Positions 42,119 to 52,762 of a stretch of 64,000 bases of DNA are shown here, one piece after another (position 1 is the stretch's first letter; each line of letters starts with the position of its first letter). The notes beneath the pieces were generated by a model. The model ran no database searches, was not told the origin of the DNA, and saw only the letters and a list, made by a program, of their open reading frames with translations. The stretch is from Candidatus Cloacimonadales bacterium. Its GTDB lineage: Bacteria > Cloacimonadota > Cloacimonadia > Cloacimonadales > JAFGVF01. Location: NCBI GenBank assembly GCA_963678315.1, contig OY782781.1, forward strand, positions 2,784,001-2,848,000. The letters run 5' to 3'. Position numbers and translations under genes: made by a program.

Positions 42119-42719
42119 GATAGAATTAACAGATGAGATTATTCAAGACGGTTCATCAAAGAATAAGAAGAAAAGTAGACATCATAAAAAAGTTTTCCGC
42201 AAGTGGTTTATTACATTTTTTTTGCTTTCACTTTTCTTTGGATTTGTAATAATAAAACTCATTGTTGAAACTGTTGATATTCCTTTTAGTAGAAAACAAA
42301 AAGAAGTAGAAAAGACTGTAGTTGATTCTATAGATGTATCTTTACAGAAAATTAATTTTGTAAAGCGTTCTTTCCTACATATATTAGAGAATTCTTTTTG
42401 GGATCATGAGAATTTTACAGATATAAACTATAGTAACAAGAACATCGAATTAGCTGTTAATAATCTTTTTGGCTACCAAGATAAAAACCAAAAATGGGAG
42501 TATATTGATAACTCAGAAGGAGAATTTGTAACTGTAGAAGGTTCTAAGATTCTAAATAATGTTAAGTTCATTACATTAATCAAATTTAGTATTTCTGAAG
42601 ATATGGTCTATTTCCATGATATACAGTTAAAAGAATATAGATATAGAACTAGAGGAAAGTTCATTCCCGCAACTAATAAGCAAAGAGTACATTTAATTCA
42701 AACAATGTACAGAAACTAA
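42111..42719 (+). CDS. hypothetical single-pass membrane protein
   Basis: 202-aa ORF overlapping the miaB end; basic patch followed by one TM helix. Confidence 0.6.
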   Translation: MSKIELTDEIIQDGSSKNKKKSRHHKKVFRKWFITFFLLSLFFGFVIIKLIVETVDIPFSRKQKEVEKTVVDSIDVSLQKINFVKRSFLHILENSFWDHENFTDINYSNKNIELAVNNLFGYQDKNQKWEYIDNSEGEFVTVEGSKILNNVKFITLIKFSISEDMVYFHDIQLKEYRYRTRGKFIPATNKQRVHLIQTMYRN

Positions 42720-42765
42720 ATTCAGTAAAATTGGATTAATTAAAGCAAATTAGCTTATGTCTAGC

Positions 42766-43053
42766 CCTAAATATTTTGACTGTTTTTCGTGTTATTCGTG
42801 CTTTTCATGGTATACTTTCCTGTTTGCAGATAAAGCCTAGCCTTTATGTCGCCCTTTCAGGGCTTTTTTTATTTTTTAACTATTACATGGAGGGCAAGCC
42901 TCCATGCTTAGTATATGCCACCCCTTCGGGGTTTTTATGGATAGCATCTCCTCAATTCTTCCACTCCTCACTCCTAACTCCTAACTTCTAACTGCCTTCT
43001 TGCCCTTGCCCTTGCCCCACCTGCATAAAAAGCTGATTTAATGCAGGAGGCTA
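42766..43053. repeat. mosaic REP/BIME-like element, family 2 copy A
   Basis: Direct repeat of 56173-56465: TTCGTG 9-mers, GCCCTTTCAGGGC, CATGG..CCATG, ACCCC..GGGGT, heptamers, CCTGCAT..ATGCAGG. Confidence 0.85.
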
Positions 43054-43122
43054 TTAAGAAATAAGTATAGAGCAAAATACTTTACTTAGAAGCTACTCCA
43101 TGTTTTTATATTTTAGTATATG

Positions 43123-45015
43123 TTAATAAGAAAAAATAATACCACTATTAGGCAGTATCCATTTAGATAGCCCTGCATCTACTTCAATAGTATTGTTTTC
43201 CTTTTTTACTGATGGATATTTAGTCTCTCCAGAAATTATATTTACAACTTCAATATCTTTAAGAGAATTAGGATACTTAAAGGCTACTTTAACTCCTAAG
43301 GTAGGTTCAGATATATAAATTGCTAATTGATGTTTAGATTTTGGATAATAAGTTTCAGTCTCAATAACAAAAGAGCATTCACTATTCACAAAGTTCTTTA
43401 ACTTGTCATGACTAGCACTATATTCTAGAACATCAGATTCCTTAGTTAACTCAATATCAGTAGAGATATCATTAATTTTAAGATTGGTAACTACAAAACT
43501 TTTATTGCTTATTGGAAATTGCTCAGCTAACAACCATCTATATTCTACTTGTGGATTTTGGAAATACTTATTTAAAGTATCATTGTTATTGGCACAAGCA
43601 ACGATGATTTTATCAGTTTTTAGAATCTTATTATAGGAAATCTTAGTCTTAACTTTATAGAATTGCTTAAATTCATGTGAATCTATGAATTGTATTTCAT
43701 GATTAAAGTTCTTTCTATAAACTGTATTTCTATCAGAGGCTCTTATATATCTATCAATTATTTCATTATAAAGAGTCGTAGATAAAGAATTACTTTCAAT
43801 TCTTTCTTTTATAGATTCTTTAATAATATTTGAAAGTTTGCTTTTAGAAAAGTCTGGAGAAAAGAAACCTCGACGCATTATTGGTTCTTCACTAAGTTGC
43901 TTATTATTATAGAAAAAGAGTCTAACAGCTCTTCTTCCGATTAAGGTAGCTAGCTCATAAGGAGAACCTTTGTAGAGTTGAGCTAAATCTTCAATATGAA
44001 TACTTTCAGACCCAAATAAGGTAACATTGTCTCCAAGCTTGATAAGCTTGTTATTTTGCTTAATAATGGTCATATCCATGGTTACTTTTCCTATAACAGG
44101 TAAAATCTCATTATTACATTCAACAAAGCCTTTATTTCCTAAATGGTAAGGGTATCCGTCAGCATACCCAACTGGTAGTATTGCATAAGTAATATCTTCA
44201 TCAGCAGTATAAGTCATGTTGTAGCTGATATGTTCACCAGCATTAGCTGATTTAATCTGTCCTATTGTAGTTAAAAACTTCATAACAGGCTTTAAGTTAA
44301 TCTTATTTCTAATTTTGGCAATGGGGTATATACCAAAGGTAAGAATACCTAATCTAACTAAGTTTACTTGGTCAAAAGAAAAATTTACGAGCCCACAGCT
44401 GTTCGATGAATGAATGTAGCGAGGGGAAAAGTCTTCTAAATGATCTTTTAGATTATTAACACAGGCAATAAACTTATTATATTGTAGATGAGTAAATTTA
44501 TTATTATCTTCACTTTCAGCAAAATGGGTGAAGATACCTTCTAGCTTTAAGTTAGATAGAGAAAGTATCTTCTTGATAAAATTCTTTGCTTCAGAGGGTT
44601 TAATCCCAGAACGGTTCATGCCAGTATCAATATTAATGTGAATCTCTATAGTTTTATTCTTTTTAATAGCTTCTTGATTAAGAAGTTCTGCAAACTCAAT
44701 ATCATTAATGCTAGGAGTTAAATTATACTCTATTATTGAATTAATCTCAGATTTTAAAGAAGGTGATAGTATTAGAATATCAAGTGTTATACCTTGATAT
44801 CTTAGGTTAGCACCTTCGTCAGCATTTGCCACCCCCAATAGAGAAGCACCATTTTTAATTGCTACTTGAGCTATATGGAAAGCTCCATGACCATAGGCAT
44901 CAGCTTTTACAATTTGCAAAAAAGCTTGTTGGGGTTTGAGAAAACCTTTTAAAGCTTTAAGGTTTTCTTCAAAATGAGATAAGTTTATTTCAATCCAAGA
45001 TCTAGCAAGTGGCAT
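43123..45015 (-). CDS. alr: alanine racemase with a ~250-aa C-terminal extension
   Basis: VKADAYGHG (PLP lysine), DTGMNRSG, ISYNMTY, GYADGY, GKVTMD; 630 aa in total. Confidence 0.88.
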   Translation of the reverse strand: MPLARSWIEINLSHFEENLKALKGFLKPQQAFLQIVKADAYGHGAFHIAQVAIKNGASLLGVANADEGANLRYQGITLDILILSPSLKSEINSIIEYNLTPSINDIEFAELLNQEAIKKNKTIEIHINIDTGMNRSGIKPSEAKNFIKKILSLSNLKLEGIFTHFAESEDNNKFTHLQYNKFIACVNNLKDHLEDFSPRYIHSSNSCGLVNFSFDQVNLVRLGILTFGIYPIAKIRNKINLKPVMKFLTTIGQIKSANAGEHISYNMTYTADEDITYAILPVGYADGYPYHLGNKGFVECNNEILPVIGKVTMDMTIIKQNNKLIKLGDNVTLFGSESIHIEDLAQLYKGSPYELATLIGRRAVRLFFYNNKQLSEEPIMRRGFFSPDFSKSKLSNIIKESIKERIESNSLSTTLYNEIIDRYIRASDRNTVYRKNFNHEIQFIDSHEFKQFYKVKTKISYNKILKTDKIIVACANNNDTLNKYFQNPQVEYRWLLAEQFPISNKSFVVTNLKINDISTDIELTKESDVLEYSASHDKLKNFVNSECSFVIETETYYPKSKHQLAIYISEPTLGVKVAFKYPNSLKDIEVVNIISGETKYPSVKKENNTIEVDAGLSKWILPNSGIIFSY

Positions 45016-45023
45016 GTAGAATC

Positions 45024-46376
45024 CTAAAAGTATGAAGCGGCTATTTCAGCTAATTTAGATCTTTCACCTTTCATAAGTGTGACATGACCAACAAGTTCCT
45101 CATTCTTTAGTTTCTCAACAGCTATCGATAAACCGTTACTCTCAGAATCCAAATAAGGAATATCTATTTGATAAGGATCACCTGTTAAAATAATTTTTGT
45201 ATTCTCACCTGCACGAGTGATGATTGTTTTCATTTCATGGGGAGTTAAATTCTGTGCTTCGTCAATAATCATAAACTGATTAGGTAAACTTCTACCTCTA
45301 ATATATGTCAAAGGTTCCAATTCGACAAAATTAAAGTCCAGATAATCATCAATGCTTGGATTATGCTTACCGAAAATTTTACCATTATCTTTTGGATTAT
45401 AGTTAGAATGACCTTGGATTAATATTTCCATATTATCATAGATTGGTTGCATCCAGGGAGTGAACTTATCATTCTTAGAACCAGGTAGGAAACCTAAATC
45501 TTTACCAAGAGGTGAAATTGGTCTTGAAACAACTAATCTTTTATAAGAATCATCCTCAACAACCTGATTTAATCCTGCTGCAATTGCTAATAGAGTTTTA
45601 CCTGTGCCAGCAATACCTGACAATGATACCATTCTTACAGACTTATCTAGCAACAATTCAAATGCTATTCTTTGCTCATCATTTCTTGCAGTGATACCAA
45701 AGATTTCTTGTCCTGTGTAATGAACTAAGGGGTAAAATACATTTGCTTCTTTGGAATAACGTCCAAGTGCAGTTCTAGTAGGATTTTCGTTATTATTTAC
45801 AAGTTTTATGAAATGATTTGGTTTAACATCATCTAATGGGTTTTCGAAAATTTCCTTTTCTAGATAATTATCAATCTCTTCATCACTAACAACTAAAGTA
45901 GTGAAACCTGTGTAAAGCTCATCAAATTTCATTACATCATGTTCAAAGTTTTCACTCTTAATCCCTAAGCAATCTGCCTTAATTCTGACATTTGCATCTT
46001 TAGATATCAAAATAACTGTCTTCTCGGGGTTTTCTTCCTTGAAGTGTATTGCAGTACCAATTATCTTATTATCGTTTGTATCCTGTAACGTATGTCCCTC
46101 ATATTCAAGCTTATTTGATCTAATAGTAACAATTATTTTGCCACCTTTTGGAGTTTCTACACCTTCTTGTAAGGAACCCTTTTGTCTTAGAGCATCAAGA
46201 TGACGACCTATTTGTCTAGCATTTCTTGATTTTTCATCTACACCTTTTTTAAATCTATCCACTTCCTCAATTACAGTTATAGGGATTACAACTATGTTAT
46301 CTTCGAATAAATACATAGCTTCTGGATTATGAATTAATACATTAGTATCGAGAACGAATATTTTTTCCATTTTCAC
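45024..46376 (-). CDS. PIN-PhoH family protein (PhoH2/YlaK-like)
   Basis: VLDTNVL PIN domain; GIAGTGKT, LGFLPG, YIRGRS, IIDEAQN, TGDPYQID. Confidence 0.9.
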   Translation of the reverse strand: MKMEKIFVLDTNVLIHNPEAMYLFEDNIVVIPITVIEEVDRFKKGVDEKSRNARQIGRHLDALRQKGSLQEGVETPKGGKIIVTIRSNKLEYEGHTLQDTNDNKIIGTAIHFKEENPEKTVILISKDANVRIKADCLGIKSENFEHDVMKFDELYTGFTTLVVSDEEIDNYLEKEIFENPLDDVKPNHFIKLVNNNENPTRTALGRYSKEANVFYPLVHYTGQEIFGITARNDEQRIAFELLLDKSVRMVSLSGIAGTGKTLLAIAAGLNQVVEDDSYKRLVVSRPISPLGKDLGFLPGSKNDKFTPWMQPIYDNMEILIQGHSNYNPKDNGKIFGKHNPSIDDYLDFNFVELEPLTYIRGRSLPNQFMIIDEAQNLTPHEMKTIITRAGENTKIILTGDPYQIDIPYLDSESNGLSIAVEKLKNEELVGHVTLMKGERSKLAEIAASYF

Positions 46377-46377
46377 C

Positions 46378-47727
46378 TCAAAAATATAGCTTGAAAAGTT
46401 CTGATATATCTTTTATCATTTTTACTTTATTTTTAAATTTTGAGTCAATATTTGAATTTTTAGAAAGAACAACTTCTTTAAATCCTAGTTTTAGAGACTC
46501 ATTTATTCTACTGTTAATATTAGAAGCTGTCCTTACTTCACCATTCAATCCAACTTCTCCGATGAATACTGAATTCTTTGAAAGAGCAATATCACTAAAA
46601 CCTGAGAATATAGATGCTACAACTGCTAAGTCAATGGCAGAATCTTTAATCTTTAATCCTCCGATTATATTAATAAAGACATCGTTATTCCCCAGAGGAA
46701 TTCCAGTGTTTTTCTCTATCACAGCCAATATCATAGCTAACTTTTTTTGTTCATAGCCAACTGCAACTCTTTGAGCATTACCATAATTTGTATCATTCAA
46801 GAGTGCTTGGATCTCTATGAAAAAGTTTCGAGAACCTTCACTTATGCAACTAATAACATCACCTGAGCGCATTTCATTAGTTGATATAAATGTCATAGAC
46901 GGATTTGGAGCTTCATTTAAGCCATTGCTTGTCATTTCAAAAATACCAATTTCATTAGTTGAACCAAATCTATTCTTACTGGTCCTTAGTATTTTGTGAA
47001 AGCCACTTTTATCACTTTCAAAATACAGAACTGTATCAACCATGTGTTCTATTGTTTTAGGACCTGCTACTACACCATCTTTGGTAACGTGGCCAATTAT
47101 AATTGTGGGTATATTATTATTCTTTGCTAATTTTGTAAGATAATTACTGCATTCACGTAATTGAGTTACGGAGCCTTGATATGAATCTATTACTGAAGAA
47201 TAGACAGACTGTATTGAATCAACAATTAGCAAGTCTGGTGCATGTTCTTTCACTGTTGGCTCGATTTGCTCAATCTGGTTACAGCACATCAATAAAATAT
47301 TCTCAGAATTAGTATTTAGTCTATCTGACCTAATTTTGATTTGCTGTGAACTCTCTTCTCCTGACACATAGAGAATCTTCTTATCCTTTAGACTTAGCAT
47401 CTTGGCTAATTGAAGCATCAAAGTTGATTTACCTGTCCCTGGTTCTCCTCCTAAAAGTATAACCATTCCAGGAACAATTCCCCCACCTAATACACAGTCA
47501 AACTCATTAATTCCAGTTTTTATTCTAGCTTCACTATCTACAACAATTTCGGATATTGGGCTAATAGCTAACTTAGTCAGAGAGATGTTTTGCGATATAC
47601 TCTTACTATTTTTCTTACCAATAATACGACTAACTTCTTTAAAGGAGTTCCACTCATTACATGCTGGGCATTTACCTATCCATTTATTAGATTCAAATCC
47701 ACAGTTTGCACATACATAACTACTCAT
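46378..47727 (-). CDS. radA: DNA repair protein RadA/Sms
   Basis: C4 zinc finger, GEPGTGKST, KNRFG, Lon-like C-terminus with GEVGLNGE. Confidence 0.96.
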   Translation of the reverse strand: MSSYVCANCGFESNKWIGKCPACNEWNSFKEVSRIIGKKNSKSISQNISLTKLAISPISEIVVDSEARIKTGINEFDCVLGGGIVPGMVILLGGEPGTGKSTLMLQLAKMLSLKDKKILYVSGEESSQQIKIRSDRLNTNSENILLMCCNQIEQIEPTVKEHAPDLLIVDSIQSVYSSVIDSYQGSVTQLRECSNYLTKLAKNNNIPTIIIGHVTKDGVVAGPKTIEHMVDTVLYFESDKSGFHKILRTSKNRFGSTNEIGIFEMTSNGLNEAPNPSMTFISTNEMRSGDVISCISEGSRNFFIEIQALLNDTNYGNAQRVAVGYEQKKLAMILAVIEKNTGIPLGNNDVFINIIGGLKIKDSAIDLAVVASIFSGFSDIALSKNSVFIGEVGLNGEVRTASNINSRINESLKLGFKEVVLSKNSNIDSKFKNKVKMIKDISELFKLYF

Positions 47728-48811
47728 TTTTCTTCATTTTCCTTAACTCCCTTGAAGAGCTTAGCATAATTCCGAGGTGTTCTGTTGTTGGAGATGATTC
47801 AAGTGCAATTTTTACACTCATTGTTAGCGGAACTGCTAGCAACATACCAGCTATACCAAAAATCCATCCCCAGAATATCAAGGAAACAAATACTACTAAA
47901 GTTGATAAACCTAGTCCATCGCCCATAATTCTAGGTTCTAATAGATTTCCAATCAATAGGTTAGTACCCAAATAACTCAAAGCAACTAAACTTGCATCTG
48001 CATAGCCTAATTGAATTAAAGCTAAAACAATAGCAGGTATTGATGCGATTATTGAACCAATTGTTGGTATAAAATTCAATAAGAATGCAATTATACCCCA
48101 TAAGAAAGGATAATCAAGACCTATCAAATACATAAACATGGTAATCACAATTCCAGTTGCTAATGACACTAAGAACTTTAATCCTAGATAGTGCCTCATA
48201 CTTTCAGTAAATCTATGAACAAACTTTCTTGTATCAGGCTTTATTTTATTTAACAAGCTAACTTTATACTTAAATGAAGAAAATTCTAAGAGTATAAACA
48301 GCATTGCTAGAACAACTAAGAATATATCTGTTAATAGACTTCTCACACTTCCAATAAAGCCTGAAACAAAACCCATTATAGTTGAAGGAGATATACTTGA
48401 ACTTATCTCATCCATAACATTTAAATCATGTATGTTATTAGAAATAAGACTATTACTGCTTACCACTTGAGTAAGCTTAATCATCGATGAGTTATAGAAG
48501 GAAGTTAAGTTATTTTGATAATTATCAATGTTAAGAACAAAGTTATTCAAAGATGTTATAAAAATCATAGTTATCCCAAACAAGATACTCACCGCAATAA
48601 TTATTACTATCATTATAGCTAAAATCCTAGGAATCTTTTTTGAAATCAACCATTCCAATGGATATGCAACAATGCTAGATAGAAATATTGCCAAAATGAA
48701 TGGAACAATTATTTCTTGAGCTTGTTGTAAGCCATAAATTAATATAATTACAGACGAAATTGCTAGGAAGCCTCTAATTTCAGTTAGATTTTGGAGAAAA
48801 GAATTTCTCAA
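47720..48811 (-). CDS. AI-2E family transporter
   Basis: Multi-TM; NFIPTIGS, EPRIMG, WGWIFGIAGMLLAVP. Confidence 0.88.
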   Translation of the reverse strand: MRNSFLQNLTEIRGFLAISSVIILIYGLQQAQEIIVPFILAIFLSSIVAYPLEWLISKKIPRILAIMIVIIIAVSILFGITMIFITSLNNFVLNIDNYQNNLTSFYNSSMIKLTQVVSSNSLISNNIHDLNVMDEISSSISPSTIMGFVSGFIGSVRSLLTDIFLVVLAMLFILLEFSSFKYKVSLLNKIKPDTRKFVHRFTESMRHYLGLKFLVSLATGIVITMFMYLIGLDYPFLWGIIAFLLNFIPTIGSIIASIPAIVLALIQLGYADASLVALSYLGTNLLIGNLLEPRIMGDGLGLSTLVVFVSLIFWGWIFGIAGMLLAVPLTMSVKIALESSPTTEHLGIMLSSSRELRKMKKNE

Positions 48812-48885
48812 TACAATACCTCTCTTAAAATAATTATATATTATTAATCATAAAATAGCATTATAACTAAATTAATCAAGTTATA

Positions 48886-51132
48886 TTATTTAATTTTGGG
48901 GAAAGATAGCTCTATTGTAGTTCCTTTTCCTACTTCTGATTCAATATTTATAGAACCTTTGTGATAATTAACTACCTTACTAGCATAGTTTAAGCCTAGT
49001 CCTGTACCCGTCTCTTTTGTTGTAAAGAATGGTTTTAATACTTTTTCCTTTATATTAGCAGGAATACCAGGTCCATTATCTGTTACTTTAATCAAAATAT
49101 GATTATTGGAAGTATCCTCTGTTGATAATTCAATTTCCTTAGAATGGCTGTTTTCGTCAAAAGCTTGTACAGAATTGAGAATTAAATTTACTATAACTCC
49201 AGATAGTTCTTTTTTATCAGCAAGTATTGTATCGTTTTGAGTTTTGAAGATTAAATTTATACTAACATTGTTTTTTTCTATTACGCCTCTACTAAGGTCC
49301 CTTGCATTCTTAACAATTTCATTTACGTATAAAGGTTTTAGTTCTAAGTCTTTGTTCTTAGTATAGTCTAATAGGGCATTAATCTTATCAATTGCCAACC
49401 ACGAATTTCTGTCACATATGTTGATATATCTTTCTACATCTTCTTTTGTCTCGGCCTTACTTATCAATTTCAGAGCAGTTATCGCATTTGAAATTGGGTT
49501 TTTAATCTCATGAGCTATAGAAGAAGCCATTTCGCCTGCTGATGATAATTTTTCACTTATGATAAGTTGCTTTAGATGCTTTTCTGATGTTGCTTTTTCT
49601 CTTTCAAGTTTACTACTTTTTTCTTGCAGTTCTTTCTTTAGTTTTAAAGAAGCTAAGAGACGATTTATCAAAACTATTGTTGATAAGGCAAGAATTATTG
49701 AGATAATTAGAATAACTAGATTTAGTTTATTTGATGTTGCTTCTTTCTCAGCTAATTCAACCTCAAGAACATTATTTTTAGTTTCTAAGACATTATTTTT
49801 TAATTCTGCATTCAATTGAGCAGTTTTATCAGCTATTTCTTTAGCAAATTCCTTATCATTTGAATGGTGCCAATCAATTAGCATCTGTCTAGCCTTAAAT
49901 GCTTCTCCCGTATCTATTAGATAGCGAGAACGTTCCATCACATAATTAAAATCTAACCATGCTTGACCTAGTTGATTAAAATATGGTTTAAACTTTTCAA
50001 AATATTCATTTGATTCTTTATATTTCTTCAAGCTCATCATATGTCTTGCCAGTGTAAGATAATAATTAGCTACATATCTATCAGTTTGGAAAACATCTAG
50101 ATTTTGATTAATCTCTGCCAGATAATAATTTATTTTAGGATGATTACCATCATAAACTATATCATAAGCATTGACTATTTTGAGTAAGTTATTATAGTAG
50201 ATTTGCTTGTTATTAGTAACATAATACCTATTAGCATCCAAATATCTCTCTTCAATTACATTAATAGAATCTTTCACACACGGAGTATTATCTGCTAATA
50301 CCACTTTAAATACACCTAGATTTGAAGTAATATGCATTTTGTATTTAATGTTATCGTTTTTCTCAGCTATGTATGATATTGCAATCGCATTATAAATAGC
50401 CTGATTAGCTGCCTCTAAATTCCCGTGGTTAAAGTATACAATTTGCATTGAGTTATAAATCGCACAAGCAATAACATAAGCAGCAAGATCATTTTTACCA
50501 TAAGTTTTGCTATTCAACCTTTCTAGGTATTCATTAGCTTCCTTGAGGAAAGCCTCACTACCAGCGTAGTATCTAGTAACATAAACTTCATAGTTTTCGA
50601 TGAATATTTTATATTCAGGGTATTTAACTATATCGAGTAATTTATAGATTAAAGGTAGTTTTTCTTTTATTTCTTTAAATTGATTGAACCTTCTTTTATT
50701 TCCGAGATAGTCATAAAGCACTTTTGCTAGAGAAATTTTCTCTTTTTCAGTCAAGTCGAAGGGATACTTCTCATAAAAATCAATACATTCATATACTAAC
50801 GAATCAGACTTGGCAAAATAAGCTATTGTTTCTACATCATCTTTTCCAATTATCCAAGTGCTGGTGTTTAGAGATGATCTTAAGTGAAACTCAGCATCAA
50901 CAAGAGAATCGCATTTTACAAAATTATCATAAGCAATCCTAGAATATTTATTTGCATTTAAATAATCTGATTTAGTTTCATATTCTTTGAATATAATGCT
51001 ATAAATAGATGCCTTAGTATATATATCAGTCTCAGACTCGACCGAGTTTAGTAATGAATCAATATAGGTTATAGAGCATACTGCATTGACGACAATCAAC
51101 AAAAATATTATTAAAGTTAGTTTTAGTCTCAT
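48886..51132 (-). CDS. sensor histidine kinase with a large helical extracytoplasmic domain
   Basis: Signal/TM, helical region, TM, IAHEIKNP H-box, NLILNS, DNGPG, GTGLGL; likely start ATG at 51132. Confidence 0.88.
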   Translation of the reverse strand: MRLKLTLIIFLLIVVNAVCSITYIDSLLNSVESETDIYTKASIYSIIFKEYETKSDYLNANKYSRIAYDNFVKCDSLVDAEFHLRSSLNTSTWIIGKDDVETIAYFAKSDSLVYECIDFYEKYPFDLTEKEKISLAKVLYDYLGNKRRFNQFKEIKEKLPLIYKLLDIVKYPEYKIFIENYEVYVTRYYAGSEAFLKEANEYLERLNSKTYGKNDLAAYVIACAIYNSMQIVYFNHGNLEAANQAIYNAIAISYIAEKNDNIKYKMHITSNLGVFKVVLADNTPCVKDSINVIEERYLDANRYYVTNNKQIYYNNLLKIVNAYDIVYDGNHPKINYYLAEINQNLDVFQTDRYVANYYLTLARHMMSLKKYKESNEYFEKFKPYFNQLGQAWLDFNYVMERSRYLIDTGEAFKARQMLIDWHHSNDKEFAKEIADKTAQLNAELKNNVLETKNNVLEVELAEKEATSNKLNLVILIISIILALSTIVLINRLLASLKLKKELQEKSSKLEREKATSEKHLKQLIISEKLSSAGEMASSIAHEIKNPISNAITALKLISKAETKEDVERYINICDRNSWLAIDKINALLDYTKNKDLELKPLYVNEIVKNARDLSRGVIEKNNVSINLIFKTQNDTILADKKELSGVIVNLILNSVQAFDENSHSKEIELSTEDTSNNHILIKVTDNGPGIPANIKEKVLKPFFTTKETGTGLGLNYASKVVNYHKGSINIESEVGKGTTIELSFPKIK

Positions 51133-51149
51133 AATTCTCCCAATTCTCA

Positions 51150-51260
51150 AAATAAAATAAAGAGGTTGAATTCAACCTCTTTAACATTGTCTAAAAAGAC
51201 AACAAAACAACCAACCAAAACTAATTTACAAAACTTGATGAAACATCATCATTACATGCA
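51150..51260 (-). ncRNA. candidate small RNA or leader with a GU-rich tract
   Basis: Promoter TAGACA-17-TACTTT (51294-51266), two small hairpins, GU-rich tract, terminal palindrome 51158-51183 followed by a U-rich tail. Confidence 0.4.
51158..51183 (-). terminator. terminator hairpin (perfect 26-bp palindrome)
   Basis: TAAAGAGGTTGAATTCAACCTCTTTA, followed on the minus strand by TTTTATTTT. Confidence 0.7.
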
Positions 51261-51401
51261 GTGTTAAAGTAATGCTTTATTGCATTTTTGTCTACACTTT
51301 TTTTTAAGTTGTAATTTATGCAACTTAGTTTTGTTTTGTCAATCCCTTTATATTAGCACTTTACAAGTTTTTTTCTACTTATAACTAATTTTTATTAACT
51401 C

Positions 51402-52745
51402 TTATATTTTGATTTTCAAGTCCTTAAGTTTTCTTGAAAGATTGCTCTGTTGCAAATTTAAAGCATCAGATGTGCGGGATATGTTGTTGCCGTGTTTTTC
51501 TAACTGTATTTTAAGGTATTTCTTTTCAAATTGCTGCTTTTTGGCACTGAATTTAGTAGTTTCTTGCCAAAAATCAATCTTCTCTTTTTGTTCAATGTTC
51601 ATTTTCGTCAACATTTCACTTGTAACTTGATTCTCTTCAAGGACTATGTATAGTCTCTCTACAAAGTTTCTAAGTTCCCTGACATTCCCCTTAAATTGGC
51701 AATTACTAATTATTGCAATAGCATCTTTATCAAAGCTCTTTTGACTCACTTTCATTTCCTCAGAGAATATATGAGAGAAGTATTCAATCAAGAGAGGAAT
51801 ATCACTCTTCCTATCTCGTAAAGAAGGAACTTGCAGAGGAATCACATTCAATCTATAAAACAAATCTTCTCTAAATAATCCTTGTTCAACCAATTCTTGT
51901 AGGTTTTTATGGGTTGCAGCAATAATTCTTGCATCTATTTTAATAGATTTATTGGACCCAACTCTTTCGAATTCACCTTCCTGAATTACTCGCAAAATTT
52001 TAGCTTGAGCAGTCAGGCTCATATCCCCTATCTCATCTAAAAACAGGGTTCCATTGTTTGCTTCTTCTATCTTTCCTGATTTAGAAGACACAGCCCCAGT
52101 GAAAGCTCCTTTTTCATAACCAAAGAGTTCACTTTCAACTAATTCATTGGGAATAGCTGCTGAATTAAATCTTACAAATCTGTTTCTTTTTCTAGATGAT
52201 CTATGGTGAATTGCCCAAGCTACCAGTTCTTTTCCTGAGCCACTCTCACCTTGAATAAGCACCTTAGATGAGGTCCTAGCAACTTTATCAATCATGTTGT
52301 TGAGTAGTTTCATTTCTTGTGAATCGCCAATCATCTTATACTTATCAGCTAGTTCTTTTTCTAGATTACTTACTTTATGTTGTATATTGTAATATTCTTG
52401 TGCTTTAAATAATGCAACTCTCACCATTGGTAGCGACAAAGGCTTCTCAAGAAAGTCATAAGCTCCATGTTTCATAGCTTTTACTGCAATTGCAATGTTA
52501 CTATGACCTGAAATCATAATCACTATAGCATCATTGTTAATTTTTTTTATTTTTTGAAGTGCTTCTAATCCATCAACAATAGGCATTTTAACATCAAGGA
52601 ATGTTACATCTGGCTTGAAGTGTGAAAATACTTCTATACCCTGTTGACCGTTATAAGCTACTTCGACAATATGATTATCTTCTTCAAAAATTTCTTTTAA
52701 TAATTTTACTATATTTACTTCATCATCAATGATTAGTATTTTCAT
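51402..52745 (-). CDS. sigma-54-dependent response regulator (NtrX/NtrC family)
   Basis: Receiver domain (DD, D, K), GESGSGKE, GAFTGA, LFLDEIG, GNVREL, C-terminal HTH. Confidence 0.93.
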   Translation of the reverse strand: MKILIIDDEVNIVKLLKEIFEEDNHIVEVAYNGQQGIEVFSHFKPDVTFLDVKMPIVDGLEALQKIKKINNDAIVIMISGHSNIAIAVKAMKHGAYDFLEKPLSLPMVRVALFKAQEYYNIQHKVSNLEKELADKYKMIGDSQEMKLLNNMIDKVARTSSKVLIQGESGSGKELVAWAIHHRSSRKRNRFVRFNSAAIPNELVESELFGYEKGAFTGAVSSKSGKIEEANNGTLFLDEIGDMSLTAQAKILRVIQEGEFERVGSNKSIKIDARIIAATHKNLQELVEQGLFREDLFYRLNVIPLQVPSLRDRKSDIPLLIEYFSHIFSEEMKVSQKSFDKDAIAIISNCQFKGNVRELRNFVERLYIVLEENQVTSEMLTKMNIEQKEKIDFWQETTKFSAKKQQFEKKYLKIQLEKHGNNISRTSDALNLQQSNLSRKLKDLKIKI

Positions 52746-52762
52746 TTTTACCTCAATAGAAT

